The notes: generated from the letters alone by a model not told the origin. DNA of 61,284 nucleotides, filler included, from Sphacelaria rigidula (GCA_964200075.2; 8 parts of 8 records of this genome joined end to end with filler, not necessarily neighbours in it); one strand, 5' to 3'. Counted from the first letter of the whole stretch, positions 37,931 through 51,472 are shown. Program-made: numbers and translations.

Positions 37931-38267
37931 CGGCCGTATAGGATGGAGATGTCAGTTTGCACACAGTACGAGCTGGGCCAGCCGCGATCGGGGGAGGTCT
38001 ATGTTTCACGCCTTCTTACACCAACACAGGAAGCGTGGCATGACGAAGTCTTTAGGCCTTTGTACCTCGCCTTGAGGTGCACACCGTATTGAAATCCGCT
38101 GACCGTACTTTTGGTACCTTCCCGCTCTTTTGGTACCCCACCCATGAGGTAGTGTATAAGCCGTGGCTCTCTCTGGAAGTGACGATACCAGAAAAAATAA
38201 AGAAACTCACTGTAGGCCGTCATCCAAATGCAAGATAATCAGTAGGCTTCGGGCCAAACAATCTTAG

Positions 38268-38367
38268 NNNNNNNNNNNNNNNNNNNNNNNNNNNNNNNNN
38301 NNNNNNNNNNNTTAATTAATTAANNNNNNNNNNNNNNNNNNNNNNNNNNNNNNNNNNNNNNNNNNNN
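38268..38367. other. Artificial contig spacer
   Basis: 44N-TTAATTAATTAA-44N. Confidence 0.98.
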
Positions 38368-39954
38368 CCGTCCCGACATTGTAGGGATGCGAGGTCAATG
38401 GTCTTATGACTATGGCATGCATGATCATGAGTACACCCACCATTGCCGATACAACAGATGCGTGTCTTATGATGGGTGGGTCCACTGAAAGACATGATGG
38501 GGGCTTTGGTGCCATGTGGCTTCAGCGAAAGTGGGCCGACGACTTTGTGTCGTCTTGGCGCAGTATACTTTCCCATTCGGGAGCGTGAGTCGGTTAATCT
38601 TGATCTTGGTGTGAAAACTGAAATCCGGATCTTTCATGGGGGCTGTGCTACTAGCGTCCCAGAACGCGTTCTTGTCTAAATCGGTGCCTGGCGCGCCGAT
38701 TCGAGGTCTGGCAACGCACCCTTCGCCTACGAAACACGTTGCACCCGCCTTGCCCGATGGTTCTCGATATACCTTCGTTGGGGTCAGTGTTATAATTTGT
38801 TCTCTCCGCTGCTGCGAGGTCGCGAGGACGATTCTTGCTTCTGGGGGCTCGGTCGAAGGTTCAAATTCTGCAACATTCCACATATCTGATGTATCAACCA
38901 TCTGCACTATCACGAGTCATTCATGGGTGTCATCTATTCCGAGGCCGTTACACAGGGGTGAGGTTTTCACGTTTCGTCGAGACCGGCGAATTTTGGGGGT
39001 GCGTGTTTGCGATCACAGCCCAATCTGTTCCTGATAATTGTCATCGCCACGGCCTTCGATTGGGATGCGACTTTTTGCATCATCTGCGCCAAGACGACAG
39101 CTCCGATTATACGGGTTGAATGTTTTATTTCATCAGGATGCGAATTCTATAACGAATTCAGTGAAGAAAAAAAAAAGTTTTTTTTGCGATTTTCTCGATC
39201 ACCGTAACGTCTTAGATAAAACGAACCGATAGAATTGTAGCTAGGACAAATACACGCCGGGGAGTAGCCGAGCCACGCCGTGATTTGTCCTCCGGAACGA
39301 GAAAACTTCAGAAGCGTGGAATGGAAACCCTACTCAAATCACAAATACTTTGAGGGATTTTGCAGCGTGCATAGTCAGAGGATGAACGTCATCTCCGCTC
39401 TGTTCGTGCTTTTGGTCGGTGACACTTTTGGGCTCATTTTGGGGGGTCAGGCGCACCCATAACTGTGTATAGATTAGTAAGAGCTGCACCCGACTTGCCC
39501 TAGGGTTCTTAGTATGCTCTCGTCGGGGTGGGGGTGAGGGTTAGGGTTAGATAGTACAGTAAAGTATACAGCTAACAGTATGCTGCATAGCGTTGGGCGA
39601 GTGCTGAATGTGTAGGATATGTTCGCACACGGTACCATAGGGTGATGCGACAAACTTGGGGAAGGTGCGTAATGTTGGATAGTACGGTTAGACAACAGTC
39701 CGCAGTCAAAACAGCACCACAGACAGGAGGGCAATTGCTGTCTTCAATACCCGCTCGATGGGTTCAGCGGTGACCGTCTCCGTGCTACATTAATGCTGCT
39801 GCTGTTGCCGCTGGCCCGTGGTCACCCGCCTGTGCGCGTGCGTGTGTGTGTGACCTGTGCCGCCGTTGTGTGTGTACACACACACCCTATCCAAAATGAA
39901 GCGGACCGGCAAAGGCAGTACGTCACACATGCATATATACTCTTGAACAGTCTC

Positions 39955-40113
39955 AAATCAAGACAACTGCGGACAACCACATCTGTATTGGAAACATGTA
40001 TATACAATATTAAATCAAGACGATTGCAGACCAACTTCTCTGTATTGGAAACATGAGAATGCAGTATCATAATCAAGACAGGTGCAGGCTAACCCCTCTG
40101 AATTAGGAACAAT
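39955..40113. repeat. ~57-bp tandem repeat, 3 diverged copies
   Basis: aatcaagac...tgc.g...tctgtattggaaacatg is repeated. Confidence 0.75.
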
Positions 40114-40385
40114 GCTGTGAGGAAGTGTTTGCATGTTGTTGGCAGCCCACAAGCGCGTGCCATACGTCCAAACATGAGAGATTTCCCTTGTTGTGTATTG
40201 CAGAAGACGCAATAGTCGACACTGTACTGTTGTACGCCGTACATTTTTTTACACCATACACTTCTTGACGTTGTAATACATCGTCCACGGTGTGGGCTTT
40301 TGTCACACCATATGCCCATCAGTGAACAGCGACGGTGTCACACAAAATTCGACTTCATGGTCAACGAGGGTAAGGGACCGCTGAA

Positions 40386-40687
40386 GAAACAATTTTCTCG
40401 TGAGATTGAGAGTAGAATATACGATTTAGAGTGAGAATTGGTCAATTAGTGAATGAATAATCCCAGTTCCGAAATACCCCTCCACGAGGCCCGATATGCT
40501 TTCTGTAGTAGCTTGCTACTGAAGCTCTTGATATCCCTGAGTAGGATATCGATGTGTGCTGTGAGCATACGCCAGTGATACAGGCAAAGAAAAGCACACA
40601 CGGAATGAAAAAATGGTTAAGATATTCCGGATAATAAAACCCACTCTTAATCAGCGCGCCACTCTCCCTCTAACGAAAACATCGTTT
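40386..40687. mobile_element. ~300-bp MITE inserted into a SINE copy (SINE halves ~40304-40385 and ~40688-40790)
   Basis: Similar to 41581-41872. The flanks rejoin into the SINE body (gggaccgctgaa|ccct), with a (T)GAA duplication. Confidence 0.65.
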
Positions 40688-40877
40688 GAACCCTTCTCAC
40701 GAATAAAAGTGAAGACAAGCACCGCAGAAGGAAGGCGGAGTTCACATGAACAAAATAAAAACTCTGGCCTCCCTCCTGCGTGAAAGCCTTTTGCCTCCCC
40801 AGTAGTAGTGCTCTCCCAGTAGCAGTACGTGTCTCTTTGCCTTCAAAGTAGTTACGAAAAAAACAACACCCAGTGGT

Positions 40878-41100
40878 CGGTCGCCCCTGTGGCTTAATTC
40901 GTAACCTCTAAACCTTCTGACGGTTGGGTCGGTGATTCGAACCTCGATGAAGTCACACGATCTGGATATTTTCTCACACCATGCTCAACAGTGGAGAGCG
41001 ACTATGTCGTGGGCATCTGAAGTTCGACTGCATGGTCGACGAGGGAAAGGGACTGCTGAATCCCTCTCGCGATCGTAAAAAAGGGTAAACACCGCAAACA
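40878..41100 (+). mobile_element. tRNA-derived SINE, 3'-truncated
   Basis: cggtcgcccctgtggctt...accttctgacggttggg...attcgaacc...gaagtcacacgatct matches the copy at 13052-13367. Confidence 0.8.
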
Positions 41101-41580
41101 ATGTTTCACGGTTAGAACAAATCACAATTTATACGAGTTGACTCCCCATCAAATGAGAGGATTGAACCATATGCCGACTGTTGGTCCCGCATCAATCCGA
41201 CGGTGGATACCATATGCAGTGTAGTCACCTCAACCGCATTACAGATGGGAGAAACGTATGCCTGATTCAAGGCCCATGAAATGAGAGGATTCAATCATAT
41301 GCCGACTCTTTGTCTTCGCACGAATCACACACGTTGTACATGCTATTCACACCTCATGAAATTGAGAGTGGGATTTTGTACAACCGATAAATTTCCACAT
41401 TTTGCCCAGGGAGCGAACATGTGCCCATGATTTACCCCGTATGGACGCAAGGTAGGAAACAGGTATCTTTTACGGTGTAATGCACCAGTCACGACATCGA
41501 AACCTGTATAAATTACAAATGATGTACAAATGTCATGATTTTATTCGTTGAAGTGATGAATATAAGTCATCTTAACAGTG

Positions 41581-41872
41581 CAATGTTTTCGTGAGATTGA
41601 GAGTAGAGGATACGATTGAGAGTGAGAAGCGGTCAATTTATGAATGGATCGTCCCGGGTCCGGAATGGCCCTCCACAAGGCCCGATATGCTTTCTGTAGT
41701 AGCTCGCCACTGGAGCCCTTAACATCACTAGTGGGATATCGACGTGTAGCTGTAAGAACACGCCAGTGTTACAAGCAAAGAAAAGAACACAGAATAAAAA
41801 AATGGTCAAGTTGAAGCAAATGACAGAATCCGCTCTCAATAAACGCTCTCCTCTCAATGTCACGAAACATTG
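41581..41872. mobile_element. MITE with CAATGTTTTCGTGAGATTGAGAG termini
   Basis: Left caatgttttcgtgagattgagag, right ctctcaatgtcacgaaacattg. A further terminus of this family lies at 23022-23080. Confidence 0.7.
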
Positions 41873-42874
41873 TTCGCAGAAGGAAGGCGGAGTAAACCAA
41901 ATAAAAATATTAAAACTCTTGTGTTGGCCTTCATCTTGCGTGACCCCGGCTGATGCGCCCACATATATATCGAAATAAGGTGTAGACTGCCGGCGTCCAT
42001 GATAGATGGGATGACAATACATACACAAACTATATCCAAACGCGACACCATTGCTCATCGACTGACTGACACCGTACGAACCGATGCCCACCGCAAAAGG
42101 AAGGTTGAGTACTAAAAACAAAAACAAAAACTCCGGTGTTGGCGTCCTCCTGTGTGGCCCGAGCTGGCGCGTCCACATATACCCCTTCTCTAAGGTAAAC
42201 TGGCGTTCACCGTCAGTGCAAACAGGGGATGGTATTGCAAGTGAGTCATGTTTCTGTTGGAAGGTTCAACTCCTACAAGCAGCTCTGCGAAAAATCCCTC
42301 ATCTGCAGATAGATATCAGCATAGATATACAAAACACTGGGCCCCCACCATCCCCGCTTACCTGCACCAGGTGCATACAGGGCACACTTCTGTACTCATC
42401 ACGAAATAGGAAATATACTGGATCTGCATACCTGCACATAAGTATTCGTATAAAAATCTAGGGTCCTCGACGATGCGAGCAATTCGAGTTATTAAGGGTT
42501 GTCTCAAACTCGAGGTTTGCGGTGTGTTCCACACTAACTTAGAGTCAAATATACCGGGAACCCCGAGTTTGATAACTCTAGCACCCCCCCCCCCCCCCCC
42601 CCCGCCCTCCCCCCCCCCCCCGCCACCCCCCACACTCNNNNNNNNNNCGATGTTTGTGGTGTGTTCCAACCTAAACTAAAGCCAAATTTACCGGACACCC
42701 CGAGTTTAATAACTCTGATCCCCCCCCCCCCCCCCCCCCCCCCCTTCGGAAATTTACTTAGTACTGCAGGTTTTTAGGGAGGCTTGAAAACACTTGAAGG
42801 AAAAGGTTCAACCCCGGGGTGTGTCAGTGTTATGGAGGTGTCTGTAGCGTCTGAATAAGAAGGAGAGTCACAAT

Positions 42875-44059
42875 CAGCACTCTTTACGGTACACGTCACT
42901 CGTACGTTACACGTCACAAAAACCACGTCACAACGGTGTAACGTGACGAGACGTATGATTCACAGATACCGTAGGTAAGGTAGGTACCTGGTACCGGTAT
43001 TTGGGATGTCTCATACCCTATCGATACCGGTCCAATCCGGTATTTTGAAATTTCTTACCCACGACACCTACCGTACCAGGGTATTTCGAGATTTCAATAC
43101 CTACCGTGCCCGCCAAATCCGGTATTTTGAAATTTCATACCTACGACACCTACCGTACCAGGGTATTTCGAGATTTCAATACCTACCGTACCCGCCAAAT
43201 CCGGTATTTTCAAAACTCATACCTACGATACCTACCCATACCACGGTATGGGATACCCCGGTAAATACCGGGGGTACGCTCGGTACGGTACCTTACCTAC
43301 GGTGCCTGTGGTACGTTTCTTGAAGACGTCACAAATGTGACCTGATGTGACGTACCGGTAAAAAAATGTGACGTGACGTGACGTCCATTTTTTTAAACGT
43401 CACATGAGCGCATTTTGGAACGTTTGGTGTAACGTGTAACGTATTTTACATGCTACACATTATTTTATACGTTACACGTTTGTGACGTCTGAATAAACGT
43501 CACAAACGTCACACGCTTAACTTGTACCACAATGTGACGTGACGTACCGGGAAAAAATTGCGACGTGACGTAACGTATCATTTTTCAAGACGTCAAAATG
43601 TGACGTGACGTGACGTGACGTGACGTATTTTTTAAAACATCACATCGACGTATTTTGAACCGTTTCTTGTAACGTGTAGCGTATTTATTACGTTACACGT
43701 TTATGATGTCTGAATGAACGTCACAAACGTTTATTGTGACGTCTGAATGAACGTCACAAACGTCACCGTAAACCTCCCGTACTAAGCTGCGCTACATGAA
43801 ACGTCACAATGTCGTACGTAGCGTCCATTTGCCCTCAACACGGTCGAAGTGTAATGTTTCTTTTCACGTCACACATCACAAACGTAACGTATATTGTACG
43901 TTACACATTACAATAAACGTGTCAAAATACGTTAATGTGATGTGACGTTACGCATACTATTTTACGACGTCACAAGTATGACGTGACGCAACGTGACGTA
44001 AAAGTTTCAGGACGTCACATTTGTGAGGTAACGTGTAACATGTGAGGTGAAGAGTCCTG
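42875..44059. mobile_element. Non-autonomous hAT-like element packed with GTGACGT/GTAACGT motifs
   Basis: Termini cagcactctttac and (reverse complement) caggactcttcac. Perfect 8-bp TSD GTCACAAT at 42867-42874 and 44060-44067. Confidence 0.85.
42961..43310. mobile_element. Nested CAC-ended MITE with internal 82-bp tandem repeats
   Basis: TIRs cacagataccgtaggtaaggta and (reverse complement) cacaggcaccgtaggtaaggta. aatccggtattttgaaatt... recurs with period 82. Confidence 0.8.
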
Positions 44060-44260
44060 GTCACAATAATTCCTAGACATCGAACGTCGCCTCAGAGCCG
44101 TTTTACAGGCTGACAGTCCACGGACATCCGGAGTTTTCCACCAGGCAGAGACACAGCAGCATGCAGCAGGCTGTGTTCAGTGAGAGCGATGGCACGCTGA
44201 ATGTATCTTGCCGTGATATCCAGCGAAGACATACAGCGCACATACTGATTCCGCGCTTAG

Positions 44261-44854
44261 GTAACCACTACAAAAGAAGAAAGTAAGCGTGACCGTTAGG
44301 GATGCTGAACGGAAGGGGGGTGCTATCCACCGAAAAGTGTCTGGGCTGTTCGACGACACCTCACCGACCATATACCACTCTTGACGGAGGATCCTGAGAA
44401 ATGGGGTTCAACATTAAAATGCCGTTCAACTTCAGAAGAATGTTTTTTTTACCTGAAGTTATGAAATATAACTTTCAGATATGGACGACCTCACCCCCCC
44501 ACCGATCTCCCTGAAACTATTTCGGGGGGTTTCCAGTCTTCCGCTGCCGCGAAGGGTATGTGCGAAAACACATCTTTGCCTCGATTTCGGGGTGAAAAAG
44601 GGGACGCTTTTTAGCCCGATAATGATTGTTTTGCATATAGCTGTACCCTGTGGGGGAACAGAAGCAAGGAAACCTCCCAAAATAATTCCAGGGAGATCGG
44701 GGGAGGGGGCGGGGGGGGGGGGGGGGGGGGGGGGGGGCGGCCGTATTAATTGCGGTTTTTTTTTTTTCCCCTGGGGGAAGCACTTGTCTTAAATTTAATT
44801 ATTTTNNNNNNNNNNGGGGGGGGTGAGGGGAAAGGGGGGCGTGAAGGGCCGAGA

Positions 44855-44906
<52 letters not shown>

Positions 44907-45140
44907 CGTCGTCCATATGAATGTCGTTTGTCATTACTTCACGTCGGGAAAGCATTGCTCTGAAATTGAATATCATTTCAACGTTCAACCCAATTTCTCA
45001 GGATCCTTTGCGAAGAGTGGTCTACGGGCGGTGAGGTGTCGTCGAACAACGCTGACACTTTTCGGGGGCTAACCCCACCCACCCCCCTCCGTTTAGCATC
45101 CCTGATGGTCACGGTTACATTCTTCTTCCTTAGTGGTTAC
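44261..45140. repeat. Long imperfect inverted repeat (~240-bp arms: 44261-44500 and 44903-45140)
   Basis: gtaaccact...gtgacc...gggatgct...ttcgacgacacctcaccg...aggatcctgagaaat...atatggacgac is mirrored. Another family copy lies at ~53455-53605. Confidence 0.75.
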
Positions 45141-45680
45141 GTAGTTATCTGTTTAGCTCTCCCCTTCGACGTTTCTTCCCAGTTCCATATGTCTGAGCTT
45201 ATTTTCCATTTGCTTTGATTCAATTGAGGGCGGGAGGTTGTAACCTTTTTCAGGGCACGTCCCGCTCTCAGCAAAAAGATCGGAAATATACTTTTCTTGC
45301 GGCTGTAGAGCTTAAACAGCACTTAAAAAACGTGTTAAATCCCAGGATGTGTCAGCTGCGTGGAGGTGTATGTGGGGTCTGAATACGGAGAGAGTTTGAA
45401 TCAAGCGTATCCAAAGAAAAGAAGGAACACGGTCTACACTCGATAAACTGTCCTCGAATAGCCGGACACTTTTCGGAGTTTAGCATCCCTCCGACTAGCA
45501 CCTTATCTTGGGGTTGAAAGTCCTTATCTGCTAACACTCACGAATTATGGTTATCGTCAGGGTCGCTTCTTGCTCTCGGCCATTTTTGTTCAAAACCTCC
45601 ACGCGTGCGAGACCCGTGATGGGATTGACCCCTGCGGCACTGCTGCAACGCGCGTTACCCATGGCCTACCACTAGTTAGT

Positions 45681-45681
<1 letters not shown>

Positions 45682-45718
<37 letters not shown>

Positions 45719-45880
45719 TATCATCATTCTTACTACTATATATTGTCTTTTCCTTGCCCTGAAAATAAAATCATTCATCCATGAACCAAACATCCGACAA
45801 ACAATCCCAATCCCAACCAACCAATTACGTAATTAATTCCTATCCAACTATTTACAAATATCTTCAGATCCCCAATGTGA

Positions 45881-45940
<60 letters not shown>
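45682..45940. repeat. (ATC)n (45682-45727) and (TTA)n (45881-45940) microsatellites
   Basis: Read directly from the sequence. Confidence 0.95.
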
Positions 45941-46040
45941 NNNNNNNNNNNNNNNNNNNNNNNNNNNNNNNNNNNNNNNNNNNNTTAATTAATTAANNNN
46001 NNNNNNNNNNNNNNNNNNNNNNNNNNNNNNNNNNNNNNNN
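45941..46040. other. Artificial contig spacer
   Basis: 44N-TTAATTAATTAA-44N. Confidence 0.98.
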
Positions 46041-47355
46041 TCCGCGCAGCGGATTATTACGGTGCGGTTTGTCAATCCGCACCGCTCCGTGGCATTTGTA
46101 GGGGGCGGATATCCGCTCCGTGACAATCCGTGATTTCTCCCACTGGCGGATATCCGCTCCGCTCCGTACCATATTGAAAAAATCCTCTCCGCACCGTGAC
46201 ATTTTCGTTGGCGGATATCCGCTCCGCAGTAAACCGTGAATTTTCCGATGTACGGATATCCGCTCCGCTCCGCTCCGTAACAATTTGAAAAAAAACGCTC
46301 CGCGCTCCGTATAGATTCCAGCTGCTGCGCGGTTGCAACCGTGAAACACGGTTTTCTACGGTGCGGTTTTATCCACTCCGTAGGTAATCCGCGCGTCCCC
46401 CGTGGCATAACTTACGGATACCGCTAAGAAGACACGGATTTTCACGGACGAAATTGTTCTGAATGCCGGATAACTCAGAATTCAAAGTATGAAAATATCG
46501 TTCTGGATAATATGCAACTTGCCGATACGGTTCTGACAGTATTTACTCCGTACTCCATCCGTGCGTTCTCCGTAGCATATATATCTCAGATCAAACCGCT
46601 GAAAAGCCACGGATTTCCACAGGCGAAATTGTCCTGAATGCCGTATAACTTAGCATAATTCGAAGCGTAAAAGATATCGTATTCATGAGGAATGTATTCC
46701 ACGTTTTTTTGGGGGGTGGATAGCCTTAGTCCTGGGTCTAGCGCTGCTGCTGTTGCGCGTCTAGCACCCCGCCCCCCGTCACCCTGTCCTGTAGGGTGAC
46801 ATTCAAAATTCAAGCATGTATGTACTGCTCATCATGCCCGATTGATTTTGTTTTTGCCTCTAGGGATTCGACCTTACATGTGCGCTATTTAATCCGCCGT
46901 CCCCCCTGTCCAGTACCTGGAAAAGTCAAAGCAAAACAACTTCTTTCGTACTTTTTGGTATTAATCCGCGGATATCCATACATTTTTCGTGGATAACCGT
47001 ATCGGTTTCACCGATTACTGCGGCGGTGCACCGCGGGGAATTGCCGCGGTTTGTCCTTTTTGTTCCACAGAGGGGGGCAATCCGCTCCATGATGAAAAGA
47101 CCCATGCCACGGACATCCGCTCCGCTCCGCACCGTGACATTTTCGTTGGCGGATATCCGCTCCGCAATAATCCGTGACATTTTCATCGGCGGATATCCGC
47201 GCCGTCATAATCCGTAATTTTCCACACATACGGATATCCGCTCCGCTCGGTGGGGTTTCGGAAAAAAATCCGCAGCGCGGAGCGGATTGTCCTCCGTACA
47301 CATCCCTGAAAATATCCAGGGTAGCGTGGATTTGTGGGTACGTCATCCTACCCTG
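46041..47355. mobile_element. Probable non-autonomous DNA transposon with GCGGATATCCGC(TCCG) motif clusters (46041-46410 and 46965-47340); left end off-contig
   Basis: Many copies of the palindrome gcggatatccgc. The block ccgcaccgtgacattttcgttggcggatatccgctccgca occurs in both clusters. Possible CAG-type right end at 47355. Confidence 0.55.
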
Positions 47356-47472
47356 AGCACTTCCAATAGTACCGTTTCTCGAACAGTTCTCTGTTTAACC
47401 GGACCTTATTATCTTGCCTTCTCGTCTCCTGCCTCCTGTCCTCGGTCGATGATATGTTCGTGACTACGTCAG

Positions 47473-50400
47473 TACCTTCGGAGATATAGAGTTCTGTCCG
47501 CACTGTTTGCAGGCAAGGGGTAATGCCATTGTACAGGAACGGGCCATCGAGAAGACAGAAGCCACAGTCCTCGACCAGTGGGGCGGCGGGGAGTGGCCTG
47601 GCATGACCGCGTACGACAAGTGAGTTGGTGTAGGTCGGTGTTTTATATGCCGCGTGTTTCGCTGATATTCAGTGTAGCATGCACACGGAGTGTTGCTGCG
47701 CCTCGTGGGTTACCTGTGTCTTGATATCCGAGATATGTCAATCATCGTTGCGCACCAACATTGACCATATATTATAGGGGTATTTCGAGCGGCGTACCTA
47801 TTATAGGCGACAACCCACTTTCTCTGTTCCACCCTCTCCAATAAGCAGTCAAAAATAATAGAGAGTTTCGGAAAACGCTTTTTTGCCATTTCAGAGTGCA
47901 AATATCTCGGGATCGAAGTGCAGAATAAGAAGAAACATCTCCTCGGGAAAACGCAGAGGGGACACCACATTTGACGGAGGGGGAAATTATTCTTCGTTGT
48001 TACACTCTGATATTGAGAGATTTGCACTCTGACATGACCAAAAAGCGTTCTCCGAAACTCTCTAATATGAGTGCTTGGCACGGCAATGCCCCACTTCATG
48101 TGATGATAATCGGTCTCTGTTTCTTCTAGTTACATCCCAATATCTTCATGATTAGTTTGAAAAAGAGAGACTCAGTGGACATCAGACTTGAACATAGGTC
48201 TCTCTTCGCCACTGGCAGCCAAAACACGCTGAAGGAAGACATCCTGACGGCGGAGGAACGTGCCGAATAGAGATTTTCTTCCTGACGGTGCACAAAACGC
48301 CCGCCGACCGCTGTGGGGAGGGGGGGCGTACTCATTTGTTGCTTGCCTTAGTCGTTTGACCGGAGGGGGGGGGGGTGTACCTCGCCTTGACTGAGGGGCG
48401 AGATTGCCTTGAATCGTGATTATTCCCACTGTCACGCGCGTACAGACCCCAGCTAAACTTGCTTCGCATCAAAATGTGTACTCCGTATTTGACAAATTGG
48501 AATGGCACACAGTCGCCTTCTAGCTGCCAACGGTAACTTCCTCGAGCCGGATGCAATCGCTGTACGCCACGGAGTTTGTGGCGACCCCGGTCAGGTGCGC
48601 GGTATACCAAACGTTTCTCGCAGACACCCAGGACATGGACAACGGTCACGATATTTCTCGGATAATGTTGAACTGGGTGTAGTCAACAATATGTTCCGCT
48701 ACGGTCAGTCACTTGCCACGAGAAGCATCATATCGCAGCGGTAACCAAATGTTTTCGATTGTTGTCGAGACGCTCAAAGAGAGAGTCATTGCATGGCATT
48801 ACTCTTTTGCAAAGAAACCCTGGTGCCTTAACTCCCACACTATCATTGCTGGGATGTCTCGAGCCTGTTCAAAATGGTGAGGGTGGGGTAGAAGTTCCCC
48901 ACGTCATTCCCCGTTTTCCACCAGAAAACATGAGTACAACATCTGCCATAAAACAATGACACAGTTTCAGCCCACATGCTACATTCCACATCCCATAATA
49001 CAGCGTCATGGCAGCAGCGGACGCCAAACAATGAAATGGTGTGATCACCCCCAATTATAGCAACACCATCTGCCGTGCACTGCTTGGTGCAGTGCAGGGC
49101 GAAAGATTTATGTGGAGTATCGACGCTGTGTGCACACCATAGGGGCTTGAAGCTACGTCAAGACCTGATTTGACCTTTCACTAGTTGTTCACTTGACATG
49201 TATCCTCGGCATCCCATCTTCTTTATCTCAACCTCCTATTCGATGTTCCCTTTTTCGTGCAGGTAGAGGATGAGAACACCAATATTTATGGCCGGGCGAA
49301 CTCACACTACACCATTCACGGCTCGTACTCTGAGGGCCAGATCATCGAGATCAAGGTCGTCGTGGACACGTACCACTGGGTGAGGAAGCAAAAACCGGAA
49401 ATTGACGCCGTGGATAGGGTTATTATGAATCAAAATGATGCCGTGGACAGGGCTCTGTCGAAGAAAGATTTTGGGACACGGGCTTCAAAATCGAACAAAT
49501 AAGTTTTTGAGGTGGTGTTGATGAGGGGGGGGGACCCAGCCCGCTGTCCCTTAGTTTATAGCCGAGGCTTTGGTGGACTCGATCAGCTGCCGTGTACAGA
49601 GATCGTTGACATTGAGACCGATGAGATGGCGGACACGCCGCCTTTCCCAAGCTCAGCTACCATGATTACATTCACGGGATCATGTTCCGTGTCGTGTGCC
49701 TTGATTACCAAGCAGTAGTCCGGGCAAGTTTGGCGACGCGTGAGATAATGTTGCAACTTTGGCCACAGGCTGTCGCTACCATGCTCTCGTGTGCAAACAA
49801 GTGTGTGGGCGTGGTCGGCATCGGAGGTCATGGGAACAGAGCGAGCAAGGAGAGGAGCAAATATACGAGCCTCGCAAAGCCCACCAGACGTTTCGGCTTT
49901 TGACACTGTTCTTGCAAGGTTCTTAACCAATTTCTTCAACGATGTATTTAAGGAAGCAATCTTCTCCCGACAGACCCCTGCCGTGGAGAAGAGGAAACAC
50001 AGTTTTGGTAACGTCTGGACGATATATTGGTTGACTTTGTTGTCGCACATGAACATCAGCGTATATGCCACGAATCGAACGATTGTCGCACGGTAGACGA
50101 TGTGTACGTGCCGTATACCTAAAGGTGAAGAAACGGAGACACTCGATGAAGGAACCTATGGGACTACACATGGAGCTACCAACGCTGATTGTCCTATCCC
50201 CCGCTTTACAGTATCTTGGCACCGTTGGCATGTAACTCTGCATTGTCGTGCATCCATCTGGGGCATAGATGTTCACGGGGACATGGACGCTCATTTGCGA
50301 TATCCATATCCTAGACGGCCCGTGCTTGATGCATCAACCTGCTGTATTTAGTGGCGCAGCGCCAACACGACAGCAATGTCCGCTACTCCTCCTTCGCCCA

Positions 50401-51472
50401 CATGGTAACTGTCGATGTATCATTCTCAGTACTATAATATGTCGCGTCAAATTCGCGTATGCACTCGTCTCCCTGTCCGAACAGCTATGTCGAACACCCT
50501 AATATTATTGTAGAGTCCCTCCCCCCCCCCTTCCCCCCCACCTCCTCTACAGCCTGCTCAATTGGTGTTGAACGGGAGACTGAGGAACTCAGACACTGAA
50601 CAATGCATGTTCCCGACGATCCACCTTCCTGCACGCATGACTGAGCAGGGCCACATGGAGTTCTTCATCTGCGACGCCAGGGATCAATCTGCCGGGGCCG
50701 ATGGCGTCGTAAATCAGGAATGCTTTCATAATTACCCTCTCAGTCGCGCCAGCGATGACGGTGGTGCGAGTCCCCTTGATCCAGCCTACCCGGGTCGCTA
50801 CTACGTAGACCCTCCTTGCCGCGAGGATGAAACAGATCAGACTATGCCTGCAAACGCCGATCCGGGTCAGGTCGTCACGATGCGCTACCAGCTTCCCCAG
50901 GGCCTGACGTGCCCACGATGCATCTTGCAGATGGTGCACTGTGAGTTGAACTCGGTGTGAAGGTTACCTGAGGTCAACTTCCCCTTTTTGCCATTCCTTG
51001 TTTCCAACCTACTCTCGATTCGTCTCTGTGGTTCATCTTCTCCCTTGAGTCATCAATCACGCGGTGTACTCTGTGAATTTCGTTTTGGAGACGTGTATCG
51101 TGCGACCAGGGCTGGAGTTTGTAGCAGATCAGTCAAAGGGCAACAAAGAATCGACATATCAATCAATCAGGTTATTTTTGCAGTAGGATATTTCCAGCAG
51201 TTGGAGCTAAGCCTGCGTTTAAACACAGTAAGATCTGCACATCTCACATCCCCCGTCTCCCGCTTCCCTGCCCACACGATGCACCAATTTTTCCATTTCA
51301 GATACTTCGCACGTGTGCACATATCCGGGATATAGAGAATTCACCCCCTCCTCGTGGCCGTCCGGCTGTGCTAACAACAAAGAAGCGTGGTTTGACCTTG
51401 GGCCAGAGCTCTGCCAGGATGGATTATACCCTGAAGAATTCTGGAACTGTGCGGATATCTCCATCGTCGCCA
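47473..51472 (+). CDS. Partial spliced gene: lytic polysaccharide monooxygenase / chitin-binding type-4 domain protein (AA15/AA10-like). Exons ~47473-47619, 48513-48594, 49263-49379, 50649-50940, 51302-51472.
   Basis: AG/GT boundaries with consistent phases. Motifs FCPHCLQARG, HGVCGDP, YSEGQIIEIKV..TYHWGHMEFFIC, LPQGLTCPRCILQMVHY and PEEFWNCADISI. The exon with the N-terminal His is not in this contig. Confidence 0.88.

Noticed and set aside
45570-45996. Poly-Ile/Met/Leu ORFs (and poly-Thr/Val/Cys ORFs at 55111-55633)
   Set aside because: Translations of trinucleotide microsatellites.
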